A stretch of 64,000 nt of DNA. Origin: the human T2T-CHM13v2.0 reference genome, Homo sapiens. How positions within the stretch are numbered: position 1 is the first letter of the stretch; each line of letters starts with the position of its first letter. Below, in pieces: positions 31,229 to 51,968 of this stretch. Where the stretch lies: the NCBI RefSeq assembly GCF_009914755.1, contig NC_060947.1; one strand, given 5' to 3'. The notes beneath the pieces were generated by a model that was given only the letters and a program-made list of their open reading frames with translations, ran no database searches and had not been told where the DNA came from. Made by a program: the position numbers and the translations under genes.

Positions 31229-31964
31229 TAAAATGCATATATACATATATAATGTATACATGTAATATATATGTGTGTATATGTATATATCTTTTCATAT
31301 ATGTATTTTTGCCTACTTTTGCAAGTATCTATGTAGGGTAAATTTTTAAAACACAATTGCTGGGTCAAAGTTTACCAATATTTTTTATTTGATAGAGGAT
31401 TATCAAATTGCCCTCCAAAAATGTTCTACCAATTTCTATTGTCTCCATCAGCATTTGGGAGTGCCTGTGTTCTCACTGGGTTTCATCAGAGTTTTTAATA
31501 TATGCTAAACTGACGAGTATAAAATTAGGATGGAGGTTTCCAGGGTAGAAACTGAGTCCCTTTATTGTTTCTTTCAACTTTTACCAAACAAAATGCATGT
31601 GTAGGATTTCATTCAGTCTTTGGATTTGAGCGGTTCCCATTTTTAAGGCAGGTGTGTGTTTCATACTGTGTAAGTAAAGCCTGAAGTTTGGCTTGAAATG
31701 GCAGCAGGGTTGGGCAAGCTGGATTTTTGTAGGCTGGGTTCAATTCCTAATTGCCTGATTACAGATCTACCAGGAAGCAGGCACTTCTATGGGCTATGGC
31801 TTAGACCCTTTGTTATGCATGACCCAGAACCCAGTGAATGATAAAATGCAGTGATGTAATAAGGACTAACGATGACTGATCACTTATTTCCACACACTGT
31901 TGTAAGTTTTTTTCATGTATTATGTCACTTTTCAAAATGTACCTAAGTGTAATTTTGTTTGTTA

Positions 31965-32348
31965 AAATTTTTTATCTTTAATTCACAATCATTATATATA
32001 TTTATGGAGTATAATGTAATGTTTTGATACATGTGTACATTGTGGAATGAGCAAATCAGGCTAATTAACATATCCATCACCTGGCATACTTATCATTTCT
32101 TTGTGGTGAGAACATTTAAAATCCACTTTTAGCAACTTTGAAGTATAGAATACATTATTATTAACTATAGTCACCTTGCTGTGCAGAAGATCATCATAAC
32201 TTATTCCTCCTGTGTAACTGAAACTTTGTACCCTTTTACCAACTTCTCCCCTTTCCCTCCCCATTTCCCCCCACCCACCTCCAGCTTCTGGCAATTACCA
32301 TTCTACTCTCACCTTCTATGAGTTTGACTTTTTGAGGTTCTACATATA
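31965..32348 (-). mobile_element. L1MA 3' end fragment
   Basis: catttctttgtggtgagaacatttaaaatccac ... ccattctactctc, typical L1MA 3' UTR in antisense. Confidence 0.8.
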
Positions 32349-33346
32349 TGTCACATAATACTACCAACAACTTTATAACATGGGCAACATTATTATCTCC
32401 ATCATATCCAGTAGGGAAACTGAGGAACAGAGAGGTTGAGAAACTTGTTCCAGATCACACAGCTAGTCAGTGGCAGAGATGGGGTTCCATCTTCCCCAGG
32501 CTGGTTGCCAAATCTGTGATTTCAATTGGTGATCCTCATATTTTAATGTGCATACAAACCCCAGGGATCTTGTTAAAAATCAGCTTTTAGCTCAGTGAGT
32601 CTGGAGTGTGGCTCATGATTCTGCATCTCTACTGAGCTTCAGGTGATGCCGCTCTTGCTGGTTTATGGAGCAAACTTGAGCACAACACTCTGAATTACAA
32701 TTTTTTTCCCCAATTTTATGGGGTTGCCTGTCAACAAATGTAACTGCTCCTGCAAACTTCATGATTTTCATCATTTTTTCTTGTACTGAGGATGACTTCT
32801 TCCACAGGTGCAAGAATACCAGCTCTCTGGTTTGTGGGTTATACTGAAGGAAAGAATCACTTCCTGCTGCATCTCCTTGTAGGTTTAAGGGATATGTTGA
32901 CATCTATTGAATGAATGAGCAAATGCATGGATTTCTTTTTCCTAATAGATGTAATTTTTCACTGTATACAGCAAGTTTTTCAAATTCCTTTAAAGGCCCA
33001 AACAAATCACATCCCAGCAATTTTAAATTATTTCATGGTAATTCAAGAGACACCTTATTACATCATTCCCAAACAGAAAGCATGAGCCTGATAATCATGA
33101 TACCAAGCCTATTTTAGAGTCATTCCACTGATTTTACCTGTTTGACGTAAAGTAGTGCTTCTCCTCCAACTCTAAATCAATTTAAACTTAAAATGATCAG
33201 ACATCTTCCTTTTTATTTTCTAATCACAATGATTTAACAGACCTACTCAAAATAATTTAGAAAGCTTTAGATACAGTCTATTTATGTCTTTTCATCTGTT
33301 AATATACATTCCACGAAAACCCGAACTTATTATTTGTATTATAATT

Positions 33347-39500
<6,154 letters not shown>

Positions 39501-41056
39501 TGTATTATAATTATTTAAAGAGAACATAGTTCGTAGTTTTTTGTTACAGAGTAAATGGAAAAATAAACACAGTAAAACTTGTTTTAAATGAACTTAATTA
39601 TTTATTTTGCCAATAACTAAACTCAGTGCTCTGTAAGGAGATTGTTTTAATGGAATTTTATTAAATGTATTGGCCTTTGAATGTGAAAATGATAGATTAT
39701 ATTAATTTCTTACTAACTTCTTCACTAATTACACTTTTGCTGGTTAATTTAGTAAATGATGTTTGTCATGTGATTGGCTGCAACACAATATACAATGGAT
39801 TTCCTCCAAGTGACAGGGCGGTCCTGTAGTGTCCCCACATGGTAATGGTCTCTAGGTAAACTGGTTCAACAGTTCGTGATGTGTCCAAGTCTTTCTCTTC
39901 ATGATTCAACTTTACAAGTTCATCTCTGACCACCAGTCAAGTACCATGTCTTGACTGGTTTGTCTCATAAAAAAACAAGTTGTTTTCATTATACACACAC
40001 ACGCACACAGATATATGTATGCATGTGTATATAAGATACACATGCACACATCACTAAACTCTTCCTAATTATTTTCTTTATGGTTTTAGTTACTAGGGAA
40101 ACCTACCAAGATAACAGGCCCATTATTCTTGGGGTGCTAGCCACTTGATCAAACTGAATTTTCAAGAAGTATTTGATCTTTCTTTTTGCAAGCTGAATAA
40201 AGGAGTGTTTTGTGTAAGATCAGATTTTCTTTTCTGAATAGCTTTAACCATTCAATGAACCAGAGAAATGAATGACTTTGGCCTGTTAAAGTGTGAGTAT
40301 GGCTATCTGGGTCATAAAGAAGCGGTTTTTCAGATGAGAGACAAAGTCTTACAGACTTCATTGGTAAGAACATCTAAATGAGAGGTGGCAAAACAAATAT
40401 TGGTTATGGCATTATGCGCAGTTAGCTGTTACTGTGCCCATCTGCTGGCTCCATTGCTTTGCATGGAATGGATTCCCCGTGCTCAGTGGTGTGTTGAAAT
40501 CTGGTGTCTATGGCAACAAAAGCATCACCAATCTCAAAGCAAGCACTGTTGGTACCAGCTGAATCTCCACTCACACAACGACTTTAGGAAGGAGACACAG
40601 TCTGACAGACTTTATGGCTATCTAAGGCCAAAGAGATCCAGTGTCTAACCAGAAACAATATATTGTCCTTATGCATATATCATTAACATAATCTTGCTTT
40701 TTAAAATGTTTTTTTTTTCTTCTGAGACAAAAAGAATTGCACATTTATTACAAATTGCAATTGTTGAAATAGTCTGGACTCTCAATGAAGACATTAAAGC
40801 ATGATGGTTAAGAACAGCCTTTTCAGATTCAGGTAGCCTTGGGATTGTCAGACTCCACTGCAATATCTGATTGACTTTAAGCAAGTTATTTAGCATCTCT
40901 GAGGCTTAATTTCTTCACCAACAAAATGCAATTCAAGCAGCACCTACCTCATAGGTGTGCTAGGAAGGGCCACTGAGAATGTGTGGTAACATGCTTGGCA
41001 GAGGATGCTCCCAGGCATAGACTACGAATTCCCTCTGTCAGCCATGATTTTGAGTA

Positions 41057-41235
41057 TTGGTGGGCTTCAGCATAGGGTGATGAGACAGTGTAACTGCATT
41101 TACACTGGGATGGAGTACTCCACCAAATGTCAGTATCTGTGATTCTTTTTTCTTGAATCTATCTGACAACTATAAACCCTCCTTCAACCTACTACTTGGT
41201 GAAGACAGTGGCTGCCAGTGTTCTGGATATTGATT
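41057..41235. repeat. 179-bp inverted repeat, left arm (right arm 43691-43869)
   Basis: Ungapped manual alignment to the reverse complement of 43691-43869, about 25 mismatches (~86%). Confidence 0.9.
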
Positions 41236-42329
41236 CTGAGTATTGGTGTGCTTTAGCGTAGGGTGCTAAAGCAGTCTACATTGACTAAATAGCATATGTA
41301 TTCTTTTGGATGTTCAGCCAATCTGTCTTATATTCCCTGTGGTGGCATTCAGAGCTGCTATGTCCTGGATGGCAACAGCAAAGCTTTGAGATTTTCACAC
41401 AGAGGCCTTAAAGGGCTGGAGGGAAGCCCTCTGCTCTGCCATGCAGGAGATTAAGCTGAGCTGCTCAGGCAGATTATATGTCAAAGTAAATTGAGTGGGC
41501 ATCACCCCTAAAACAAGAACTTGTGTGAATTACTCTGCACTTCCTCCAGGGAAAGGACTCTTTTCTCTTTTAAAAACTGTAGGATCTTTGCAGTGTTATA
41601 AGAATTGGCTTTCTTGTCTCTGATTTGTGCTTCTTGGAGTAAATCACCTGATTGGCTTGAAGATACTGTAAATTGCCATATAGGTGATGTTGGAATATTT
41701 GCTTCTTGCTCTGTTCCCCACTCCAACCCCCTATTCTGAGTGGTGGATTCAATAAGCTATTTTTTGCTCTTAAGTTCTCGTCTTTGTTTCTAGAGATAAT
41801 TTGCTTACATAGCACTAATTCAGATTTTCAGAGGAATTTCAATAGTTGTGACACTGTCAAAGTGACAACTTCAAATGAGTTTTCCTCAGCAAATGTTCCA
41901 GGTCATGTACATTTATTAGCTTGTTTCAGAAAACGGTTAATACAGTTAAGGATTCTTTCAAGTGTTTCTTCAGCTACTGGGCTCAGAAATTATTTTTTTC
42001 TTGCATTAATAGACTCCTCTATTAGTATTTGAAAGCTGTGTGATATAAAGCTATGTGACTCACTGTCAGTTTTACAAACTTAAATCTGCACTTCACTCTT
42101 TCATTCCTAGCTCCTATTTATATTCATTTATCACATAATGCTTTTGATGTTAACAACTACACTACTCTAATAATAAAGCTATAATTATGACTTTCCCCTA
42201 TCCCTAATCGGGGCTGGGGGTGTCATGTGTATTGATTAGCTCTGCTTATGATCTTCAGTACCACACCAACTGGGTTCTAAGTCTTGGCTTTAATCTCCAT
42301 GTGGGTCTGTTATTTTTTTTTCTGACACA

Positions 42330-42510
42330 AGAGTTTCTTACACGTGAACATGCATTAGAATCCCTTGAGGGCTTGTTAAAACACACATCGCTGGGCTCCA
42401 CTCCCTAAATTTCTGGAGATGGGCCTCAGAATTTTCACTTTTAACAAGTTCCCAGTGATACTGCTACTGCTGCTGCTGGTCTGGGGAATACATTTCGAGA
42501 ACGAATTTCT
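42330..42510. mobile_element. MER5-type MITE
   Basis: gcattagaatcccttgagggcttgttaaaacacac ... ttttaacaagttcccagtgat. Confidence 0.7.
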
Positions 42511-43499
42511 TAGACTGTACCCTTAACCTTGGCCAAACATCTCTGAAATGTGGGAACTAGGTGAGGGCATATGGCAGCAGTACCATAAACTTATCACCAC
42601 TGGAAAATAAATCAAAAGATAAGACTTACTGTGTGACAGGCACTAAGATAAGCATATTTTCTTCATTTTACAGGTGAGACAATTGTGACTTAGAGAGGTT
42701 TAGTAACTTGCCTATCATCACACAGCTAGTAAAGTAGTAGAACCCACGTTTGTCTGACTATATAACTTCTTAATTTCTATAGATTTAAGTCAGGTAATCT
42801 GTCTGCATGTTTTTCTACTAAAGCACAAGGATCTTGGGCTTGCACCCCAAGATGTTTGGAAGAATAGCCTGAACTCAACTCAACACTAGAAAGATTCAGG
42901 AATTAGAGGTTCTAGGCATCTCTGGTGTTAGTGGTGGTGTGGGTCATGTATGAAAACAGAATTAGTTGCAAGTTTGATAAACAGTGGTTAGACTCCCAGA
43001 TACTTTCCCAAATCTGAGCAACCAGATGATGGTCTTAGGCCAGATTTCCCAAAGATGACCGTGAGATGTGGATTAATATGGAATTGTTGATTAAGGAAGT
43101 GTTCCAAGGAGAAACCAGTATAAGAATGGGGAAAGTAGGAAGCAGTGAATGGAAGGAAATGAAGCAAGAGTGTGATCTTAGGCTAAATTCCAGCCTCTGT
43201 CTCATCTTGTAGGGAAGCTCTAGAGTGTATATTACACTCTAGGCTAGAGGTACACTGTTGTACCAGTAATGAGCTCCAGCTGGTGGTGGGGGGGGTATGT
43301 ACATTTTCAGGTACTACAGACTCTCTTGGCATGCTGCTGAAGTTGTACTTGTAGCCCAAAGTAGGGCTCTAAAGAAGCCTGCAGGTGAGAGTTGTTAGAA
43401 GCAAAGCATATGGACATAGGGGGATGGACTCAAAGAGCTGATAAAGAAGCATCTGAGAAGGTTTGATAGGGAAACCTGCAGTTCCTCCACCTGGGCCCT

Positions 43500-45240
43500 C
43501 CACACCTTAGTAGAAGCCCTGAGATTCACTTTTTTGACAGATTGAATTAAAGAAACTCAGCTTTGAGGCCCAAGGCACAGTCCAGGGCACAGTCAGTGGT
43601 ACTTCACTGAAAGCAGAATGACCTGAAAGTTTACATGCTGAATTGTGGGCGCCTCCCTCCTGCACACACATTTAGTTAACCTCTTCCTGAAATCCACATC
43701 CAGAACATTGGCAGCCACTGCCTCCAACAAGCAGTAGGTTGAAGGACGATATGTGGTTATCAGATACATTCACAAAAAAAGAACCACAGATACAGACATT
43801 TGGAGGAGTACTTCATCCCAGTGTAAATGCAGGTACACTGTCTCATCACGCTGTGCTAAAGCCCGCCAACTGGCTAGCCCTTTCCCATACCCAGAATTGC
43901 CAGTGAACTTTTTAGGATGAAACTGTTAAATAGGAACGGTCATTCAAAAGACATTTGAGGAACATGTCTGATTTAAAAGGCAGTGATGGTAACAAAATAT
44001 ACAAATAGGAAAACAATCTTGGAGGAAACAGATAATACTGCATAAGAAAATTTCCCAAATGCCCAAATCTATAATTAATATTGTCAGAGAAGAAAGTAAT
44101 CACATGTCTGAAATGAAAGCAGGATATTATTGAAAGGACTGTTGAGAGAACAGAAAAGAACTCTTAGAAATAAAAAAAAGATAGCAGAAATAAAAATAAT
44201 TCAGTGCAAAAATTAGAATATTAAGTTGAATAAATGTCCCTGAAAGTTCAGCCAAAAGACAATGAGATTGATAATAAGAGAAAAGATTAATTAGAAATGT
44301 CTAACCTCTGTCTAGTGGTCGGTCCCAATTAAAAGAACAAAGTGAAAGAGGAAAATTATGAAAAAAAGCAAGAATATTTTTTATAAGTGAAATACATGAG
44401 TTGCCAGATTTAAGAGACCCACCAGCATATTGGATGGGAAAACAATAAAGAAGAGTCTCTAAAAATTTCCAAAAAGGAAGAAACCTGGTTTCATACAAGG
44501 ATTAGCATTGGACTTTTCATAGCAATTTAGAAATTTAAAAGACAATGAAGCAAGGTCTCCAAAATTCATAGAGAAAATTCTTAACTAGAATTCTATAGCA
44601 GCCAAAATTATCAATCAAGTGTGAAAGTAGAAAACATATCTTTAGCTATGCAAGGTCTCCAAAAAGATACCCTTTTTGTAGTTTGTCAAAAAGAGGGAAT
44701 GAACCAAAACATTGGAAAATATGGGATCACAAAACCTGAGGCCCCAATACCAGTGGGGCCACAGGGAACTTCCAGGGTGGTCTTAAAAGGACAGTCCAGG
44801 ATCACGGCTGAGTATTAATACCAAAGGGAGAAAAAGGAGACAAAAGTAGGACTAATTGCACATGATATTGCTCAATGAATATTGATTTAGCCAAATAATG
44901 TGATACTATTATTTTGGGTAGGTAAGAAAGGAGAAGTATGTATGGAGAGATCATAAAAAAGCTAAAGTTTCATATTCCATGTTAACAGATTAATATATAA
45001 TGCCTAAATGAACAAATAAAGAAATAGTTGTATAAGGATGTCATTTTTAAAATATGGAGATAAGTTGCTAAAAAAATACACAGATAAAAGTGTTTTAATT
45101 TTTTGCCTCAAAGGAGTTGATATATGGCTGGGAATAGGTGGGGGCAGGAGTCTGCTATTATTTTGAAGAGCTCTTGACTTTTAAAACAATGAACATGTAT
45201 TTCTTTGAGAAATATAAACATCAAGAAAATAAATGAGGGC
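43500..45240 (+). mobile_element. Ancient HAL1/L1M-like remnant
   Basis: A-rich degenerate ORF1-like sequence (aactagaattctatagcagccaaaattatcaatcaagtgtgaaagtag); edges uncertain. Confidence 0.5.
43691..43869. repeat. 179-bp inverted repeat, right arm
   Basis: Reverse complement of 41057-41235. Confidence 0.9.
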
Positions 45241-48200
45241 TCCTTAGCTGACTTTACCTGTGCTTTTTGGCCATTATTTATACACAGTTTGTTTTGTTCT
45301 TCACATTTACCCCCTTCCTGCTCAATGATTAAACAGCGTTGTTGGAGAACATTTATGGAATGCCATCTAATAACAGAAATGATGTGGTCATTTATAGATA
45401 AATTTTGTCAGCAAACATTTCCCCATCAAAAATATAGCTTAATATATCCATTATATCCTTATAAGCCATAGTAAATTAAGATTTAATGATGATGTTTTAT
45501 TAGTAGAATAAAGAGTTGAATAGCTCTGTGTTGATTCAAATCTTCCTATGGCTTTATTTACACAGTTGTGCCTTCCGTAGTAAAGTATTGAGTTAAAAAT
45601 GAGTACTGGACCTATATTAAGCTTCTACCCAGTGAGAAGGGGTATGGGGATAGGGCCCAGTTAAAATAATGAAAAGTGAAAAGATAGATGATTAGAATAC
45701 AATAACTGGTTGAACCATTTATCTAAAGCAGAGCAAGAATAACAGTTTTTCATGGCAGTGACTCTAAGATACTCCAAGTTTTTAAAATGCTTTCAAGTCA
45801 TTGCAACCAAGATAAACTGATAATTATATAGAACACTAAGTTGCTAAGTGCTTTTTACATAAGCTGTCCTATTTAATTCTTGCAATATCTCCTCAAGTTG
45901 GATATTATTACCACATTCATTTTCAGAATAGAAAATAGAAAACATTGCAGAGAGGTTAAGTAGCTTTCCAAAGGTTATATGGTTGAGAAGTAGGATAATG
46001 ATAACATTTATTGCCCAAGCAGGATACTTTTGACAGGCATCAACCAGTGGGGAATCTAACAACAGATACAACCCAAGATTTACCTATGGGACTTATGGCC
46101 CCCAATTGATAAGAGATGGAGCCTAGTCCAGAACTCAAATTCTTCTCCAAAGTTGTGAACTTTCTGCTGCCTTGGGCTGGTAGTATCATTAATGTTAAAC
46201 GAAATTCCCCATTAGCTAATTATACCAATAAATGTTGACTGAATGGCAATTGTTTTTGTTTGTTGAGAGAACTTTCATGGGAATGGGCAAAGCTTCTAAA
46301 CCAGTCTTGGGGATTCAGGACTGAATTAGTTGCTTACTCTCACCCTAGACTCACCAAAGTAGATTGAAATCTTGTAGAGGGAAGGTGTCTGGGGGTCATT
46401 CAAGTACAGGTTAGAAGTCCTGAATAGAACATAATAAAAGGACTGGTAGTGCAATGCTGGAGACAAGCATGTATGGTTAAGTACGTGGAGCGAAATTAGA
46501 TGGCAAGTTGTGCAATAAACCACAAAGCAAAAAGTTTCTAACAAATTTGTTCCCTGAGTTTCTTCTGCTATTTTTCTCACAAGCCATTTTTATAATGTTC
46601 TTGCTCCCTTTTCCCTGGCATTTCTGGCTGCCCTTTTGGGTGTATTGCTCACTGGACGTACAGAATCACTTTTGTTTTCATCTTACATGTTTCCTAGGGA
46701 GCCTTCAGCTGAGGCAACTCCAAGCTCTTAATTGCCACTGCCTTTTTACTACTACAGAGCAGAATGATAGGCACCTTCCTGGCAAACAGAATATGCTCAA
46801 TACATATTTGCAGAAGGAAGGAAGGAATACAGATGACGTGTTTTTAATTTTATGAAACCAAATAACCCCCTTTGAGGCTCAAGTATAAAAATCTAAAGAA
46901 ATGGCAACCTACATTTTAAAACTAGCTGTTTACATGCTCCTGCTTAAATGTGTTTTCACTTTTATGGGTCTGACAGCAGAGCCACTTAGGATTAAGTATT
47001 TGATGGACAGGATTCTTAGTTGGTCATGAATATTGTCACATTTTCACATACAATCTGCCTTTTGACAGCCAAAAGATGGCAAAATTCTACCACTTGTATA
47101 TTATAAAATGGGAAGTATCCCTAGCTTGTGACAGATCCAAATGATCCACTTACGCGTTTCTGTGCTGACAAGTAGAACTCTCTGATTGTAAACATCTTTT
47201 AGGAAACTGTAATTTTGTCCTAGTACAATACCTGACATCTAAAAAGGCTTTTGTTTGGCTTTTAAAAATAATCATCATTACTTTTATATTCATGCAGGTG
47301 ATAAAATTTCATATATATTTCTGGACCCTTATCTCCTTATGTTTAAAGCTTGCATTCACTCTTGATAAATTGAACATTGACTAGCTATGCACTTTACAGC
47401 TATTAGAATTTCTCTTTTTGTCTGTTTCTTTTGAAGGGCTTGCACTTTTCCTGTAAAGAAGAATGGAGAGTAATATAGAAAATTGTCACTTTAATTTTAT
47501 ATTAATGTGTTGTTCCCCAAATAGCTGTTAAATTCAATGTTCATGAATTATATATGTATGGAAGAGTCAAAGCTTATTTCCAGTAAGTTTACTTTTACCA
47601 CAGCTAAGAAATGAATATCTAATCATATCCTTCTCCTAGTGAATAAAGACACCTGAAGAAATAATTACATCAGAAGTTGGAAGGAAAAATGGGTCCTCGT
47701 AATTTTTCTGAAGCATACTATGACTTAATATAATATTTCTCCATCTTAGATAGCATGAGCTTTTAATTAGCAAGGTGGCACCCTGTATGGAACAACTGTT
47801 TCTGAGTTGTGCTGTTGATAATTGAACAAAGATAACTCCCTATCAGTATCTCCAGCAGTCAGAGAAAAATCTCCAATTCTTCCCTTTAGCGCAAGTGACT
47901 TCTTAGAGGTTCTACTAAAATTGTTGTGTCAAATGGCTTTTAACATTTTGCTTTTGAGCTTAAGGGATTTTATGTTTTTCATCAGGCAAGCTGTGTTCCT
48001 GTCCTGATGAACCAAATGCGAATCAAAGGCAGAACAATCTTATTGTGATTTCTGTTACTGTGTAGCGTTTTTTAAAAGAGATTTCAGGCCAAAGGTAGTA
48101 CTTTCTCAGAATTCTGAAGCTGTGTTCTCTGGCAGTTACGATTCTGTCATACTTTCAGTATGTTCACAGTGTCTTCTGATTTTTGATTGCCAGGAATTCC

Positions 48201-48364
48201 TTTGTCTTTTGCTTTCTTAAGTTTCATTTGGTGTGTCTTGTGTATATTTCATTTAAAATATCCTACTTGTTATATGTTGTGCTTCTTGTAGTTGTGGATT
48301 CACATCTTTAGTGACTTCTAGAAAATTCACAGCTGTTGTCCCTTCAAATATTGCCTCTTCTCCA

Positions 48365-49810
48365 TTTAACAGCTACATTGAGATATAACTTATATATCAT
48401 ACAATTCACCCGTTTAAAATATACAGTTCAATGGTTTTAATATGTTCATGGGGTTGTACAACCATTACCACAGTCAATTTTAGATTTTCCTTACCTCAAA
48501 AAGAAACCTTGAAGCCATTAACAGTCACTCCTCTATTCCTCTCAACCCCATCCCACACTCCTGCTGACCTAGGTACCCCTAATTTAGTTTTTTTCTCTAT
48601 GGATTCGCCTATTCTGGGCATTTAATACAAATGGAATAATATAATATATGGTCTTTGGTGACTGGCTTCTTTCACTAAGCAAAATGTCTTTAAGGTCTAT
48701 GCATATTGTAGCATGTATTAGTACTCCATTCCTTTTTATTGCCAAATAATATTCCTTTGTATGAATGCATCATATTTTACCCATTTGTCAGTTAATGGAC
48801 ATTGGAGTTATTTCCAGTTATTGGCTGTTATGAATAATGCTGCCATAATGCTGTTTTGAATAATCCTGATCATTTGTGTACAGGTTTTTATGTGGACATA
48901 AGTTTTTATTTCTGTTGGGTATATAACTAGGAATGGAATTGCTGGATCATAGGGCAACTGTACATTTAGCATTTTCAAAAACTGTTAGAGTGTTTTCTAC
49001 AGCAGCTGCACCATTTTACATCCCCACCAGCAAGGCACGAAGGGTTCAGTTTCTCCATACCCTCACCAACAGTTAATTATTTGTTTAGAGACAAGGTCTG
49101 CCTCTGTCACCAAGGCTGGGGGTGCAGTGGGGTGATCATAGCTCACTGCGAGTTTGAACTCCTGGGCCCAAGTGACCCTTCCACCTCAGTCTCCCTAGTA
49201 GCTGGAACTACAGGCACACGCCACCTTTTTTTTTTTTTTTTTTTTTTTTTTTTGTAGAGGCAGGGTTCTCGCTATATTGCCCAAGCTGTTCTCGAACTTC
49301 TGGGCTCAAGCCATCTTTCAGCCTCAGCCTTCCAAAGAGCTGGGATTACAGGTGTGAGCTGCCAAGCCTGGCCACAGCACTTATTATTATCAGACATTTT
49401 AATTATAGTTATGTTCATTGGGTATGAAGTGTGGTATCTGATAATCATTTTGATATGCAGTTTCCTGATGACGAATGATATTGACCATCTTTTCATGTGC
49501 TTATTGGCCATTTGCACATCTTTGGAGAAATGTCTACTCAGATACTTTGTCCATTTTTAATTGAGCTATTATTATTTTTATTTAGTTGTAAGAGTTCTTT
49601 ATATATTCTGGATATGAGTCCCTTATCAGAAATATGATTTGCAAATATTTTCTGCCAACCTACAAAAGTAGGTTGTCTTTTAACTGTGTTGATGGTTTCC
49701 TCTGAAGCACAAGTTCTTAATTTTTATAAAGTCCAGTTTATCAACTTTATCTTTTGTTGCTCATATTTTTGGTATCATATCTAAGAAGACTTTGTCTAAA
49801 TTGAATTCAT
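48365..49810 (-). mobile_element. L1MB 3' fragment interrupted by an AluJ
   Basis: Antisense L1MB 3' UTR (acagctacattgagatataact...; catcttttcatgtgcttattggccatt). Confidence 0.85.
49083..49373 (-). mobile_element. AluJ with a pure T28 central linker
   Basis: AluJ-type arms; T run at 49226-49253. Confidence 0.9.
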
Positions 49811-50888
49811 GATCTTCTCCATTGTTTGTATCAATGCTTTGCTACCTTGGCTGCCCATTAGGATCACCTGGGGAGTTTTAAAAATTCCTGAGTCCAGGCC
49901 ATGCTCCAGACAAATTAAATCTGAATCTCCTGGGCCAGGTCCTAGGCATCAATAATTTTAAAGTTCTTCAGGTAATTCCAGTGTGCAACCGAGGTAGAGC
50001 ACTCTGATATGCAGTATCTAGTCAATTATAGTAATCTGTCTTTTGTAAGATGCATTTTTATGTACCAGTAAGAAAGAGAAAAATCACTGTCAATCAAAAT
50101 GACACAACACCTTCTTATCACTTAGGATTTTATACTTATTGAAGGACAAGTATAACTTATCTTTTAAAGTTATTTAGACATTGATTTTATCATGTATCAC
50201 TCATGTGTATACCTAACAGAAAAATATAAGCAAGATACGTTCATTAAGATATTCATAAAACTTTCTTACAGTCGGACTTCTACAGTCCTGAATCACTTCT
50301 TCCTCAGTCACTGATTTCCGTGATTTTTCACAAAGTACCTTCCTTTGTACCATCAAAAGCAGTAGTGATGCAGAATTTCTTAAAAGAGTGTTCCACTTTG
50401 TCTGTGGCATTTTTTCCCAAGTAGTTGACACCTAGTTTGAAGGTTTTGATGCACATGCACAGACCACGAGAGTCACGTCCTACTGCCTCCTGGCCGATGG
50501 TGATTTTGACATATATTCCAATTTCAAAGATGTTAAGATTTTTTTAAAAAAGTATATCTTGGAATTGATAAAATTATGTAGTTTTTTTATAATAGGAAAA
50601 GGGACTTCGAAGTATCTAGACTAGTGCTACTCAAAGTATGGCTTGCAGGTCAGTGCCATTCTGCAAATTTGTTACTAGTCTACACGATGTAAGTATAGAA
50701 ATTTGAGGTAAGCACTTAGGAACTTTATGAACAATTAGACTGAGTAATTAGAGTGAGTTTTCTCCGGTAATTTCTCTGGTGATGTATCAGTATGTTATTT
50801 TGTGAAAATATCAGTCCATTATGGATTAGACATTTAAATAAAAACAAGACTATTTCTTCACCAATGATAGTTTGAATACTATTGATCC

Positions 50889-51058
50889 TAGTGGTTCTGA
50901 AATTTTAGTGTTCATCAGAGTCACTTGACCCAGACTGATAAAGCACAAGTTGTTAGCCTTACATAGATCTGGGGTAGGGTGGGATAATTTGCATTTCTAA
51001 CAAGTTGCTAGGTGATGCCAGTGCTGCTGATCCAAGTACCACACTTTGAGAACCACTG
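50889..51058. mobile_element. MER5A MITE
   Basis: TIRs agtggttct...agaaccactg and core tttgcatttctaacaagtt. Confidence 0.8.
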
Positions 51059-51629
51059 TCCTAGACCACTATAATGCTGGCAGCAGAAATTTTGCCAACG
51101 GTTTCCAGCTTAATTTGTAGAACACAAAGTCCTGATGCTCTCTTGGAAAGTTTCAGCTTCCAGTGATCACTCTTAGTGAAGTTAGAATAACTTCTTTAAA
51201 ACTCAGTTTAATCTCCTCTCCTTGGTGCACTGTTCAGAGCACCACAACATACAGTGGCATAATCACTGTAGGCTGCAGAGTATATGTGATCATGTTTGGT
51301 TAGATGTTCACAGTCTTCTTAGAAGAGCAAAACATGAATTTTATTTTTCAAGTGAATTGGTGCTATGATGGGTATAATTAAGCTCCCAGTTCTGAGAATT
51401 CTGTGGGCACTCTGTTGACAGCATTCTAGAGACTGGCTGCTCAAGTAGCACAAATATCCAAGGTAACCCTTTCCAGTGGCATAAACCAGGCAGCCTGCCA
51501 GACTTCTGAGATATTTGTATTGGCTCATCGAGGTGACAGGAAGAAGTTTGTTTATAAAAAATCGGCATTGTGTATCCATGACATGCTTCCCAGAAACAAA
51601 TATTGTTATCATTGTCATCTTAAAGAATA

Positions 51630-51968
51630 AAGTAGCCCCCCCTTATCCTCAGTTTCACTTTCTGTGGTTTCAGGTGCCTTTGGTCAACCACAGTCTGAAA
51701 ATAGGTGAGTATAGTACAATAAGATATTGAGAGAGAGAGGGAGACCACATTCACATAACTTTTATTACAGTATATTATTTTAATTGTTCTATTTTATTAT
51801 TAGTTATTTTTGTTAATCTCATACTATGACAAATTTATAAATTAAACTTTATTGTAGGTAGTTATGCATAGGAAAAATAACAGTATACATGGGGTTCGGT
51901 AGTACTTGAGGTTTCAGGCATCCACTGGGGATCTTAGAATGTATCCCCTATGGATAAGGATGGACTAG
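51630..51968. mobile_element. MER44/Tigger7-type MITE
   Basis: agtagccccccttatcc ... ggataaggatggacta termini; internal gagaccacattcacataacttttattacag. Confidence 0.75.
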
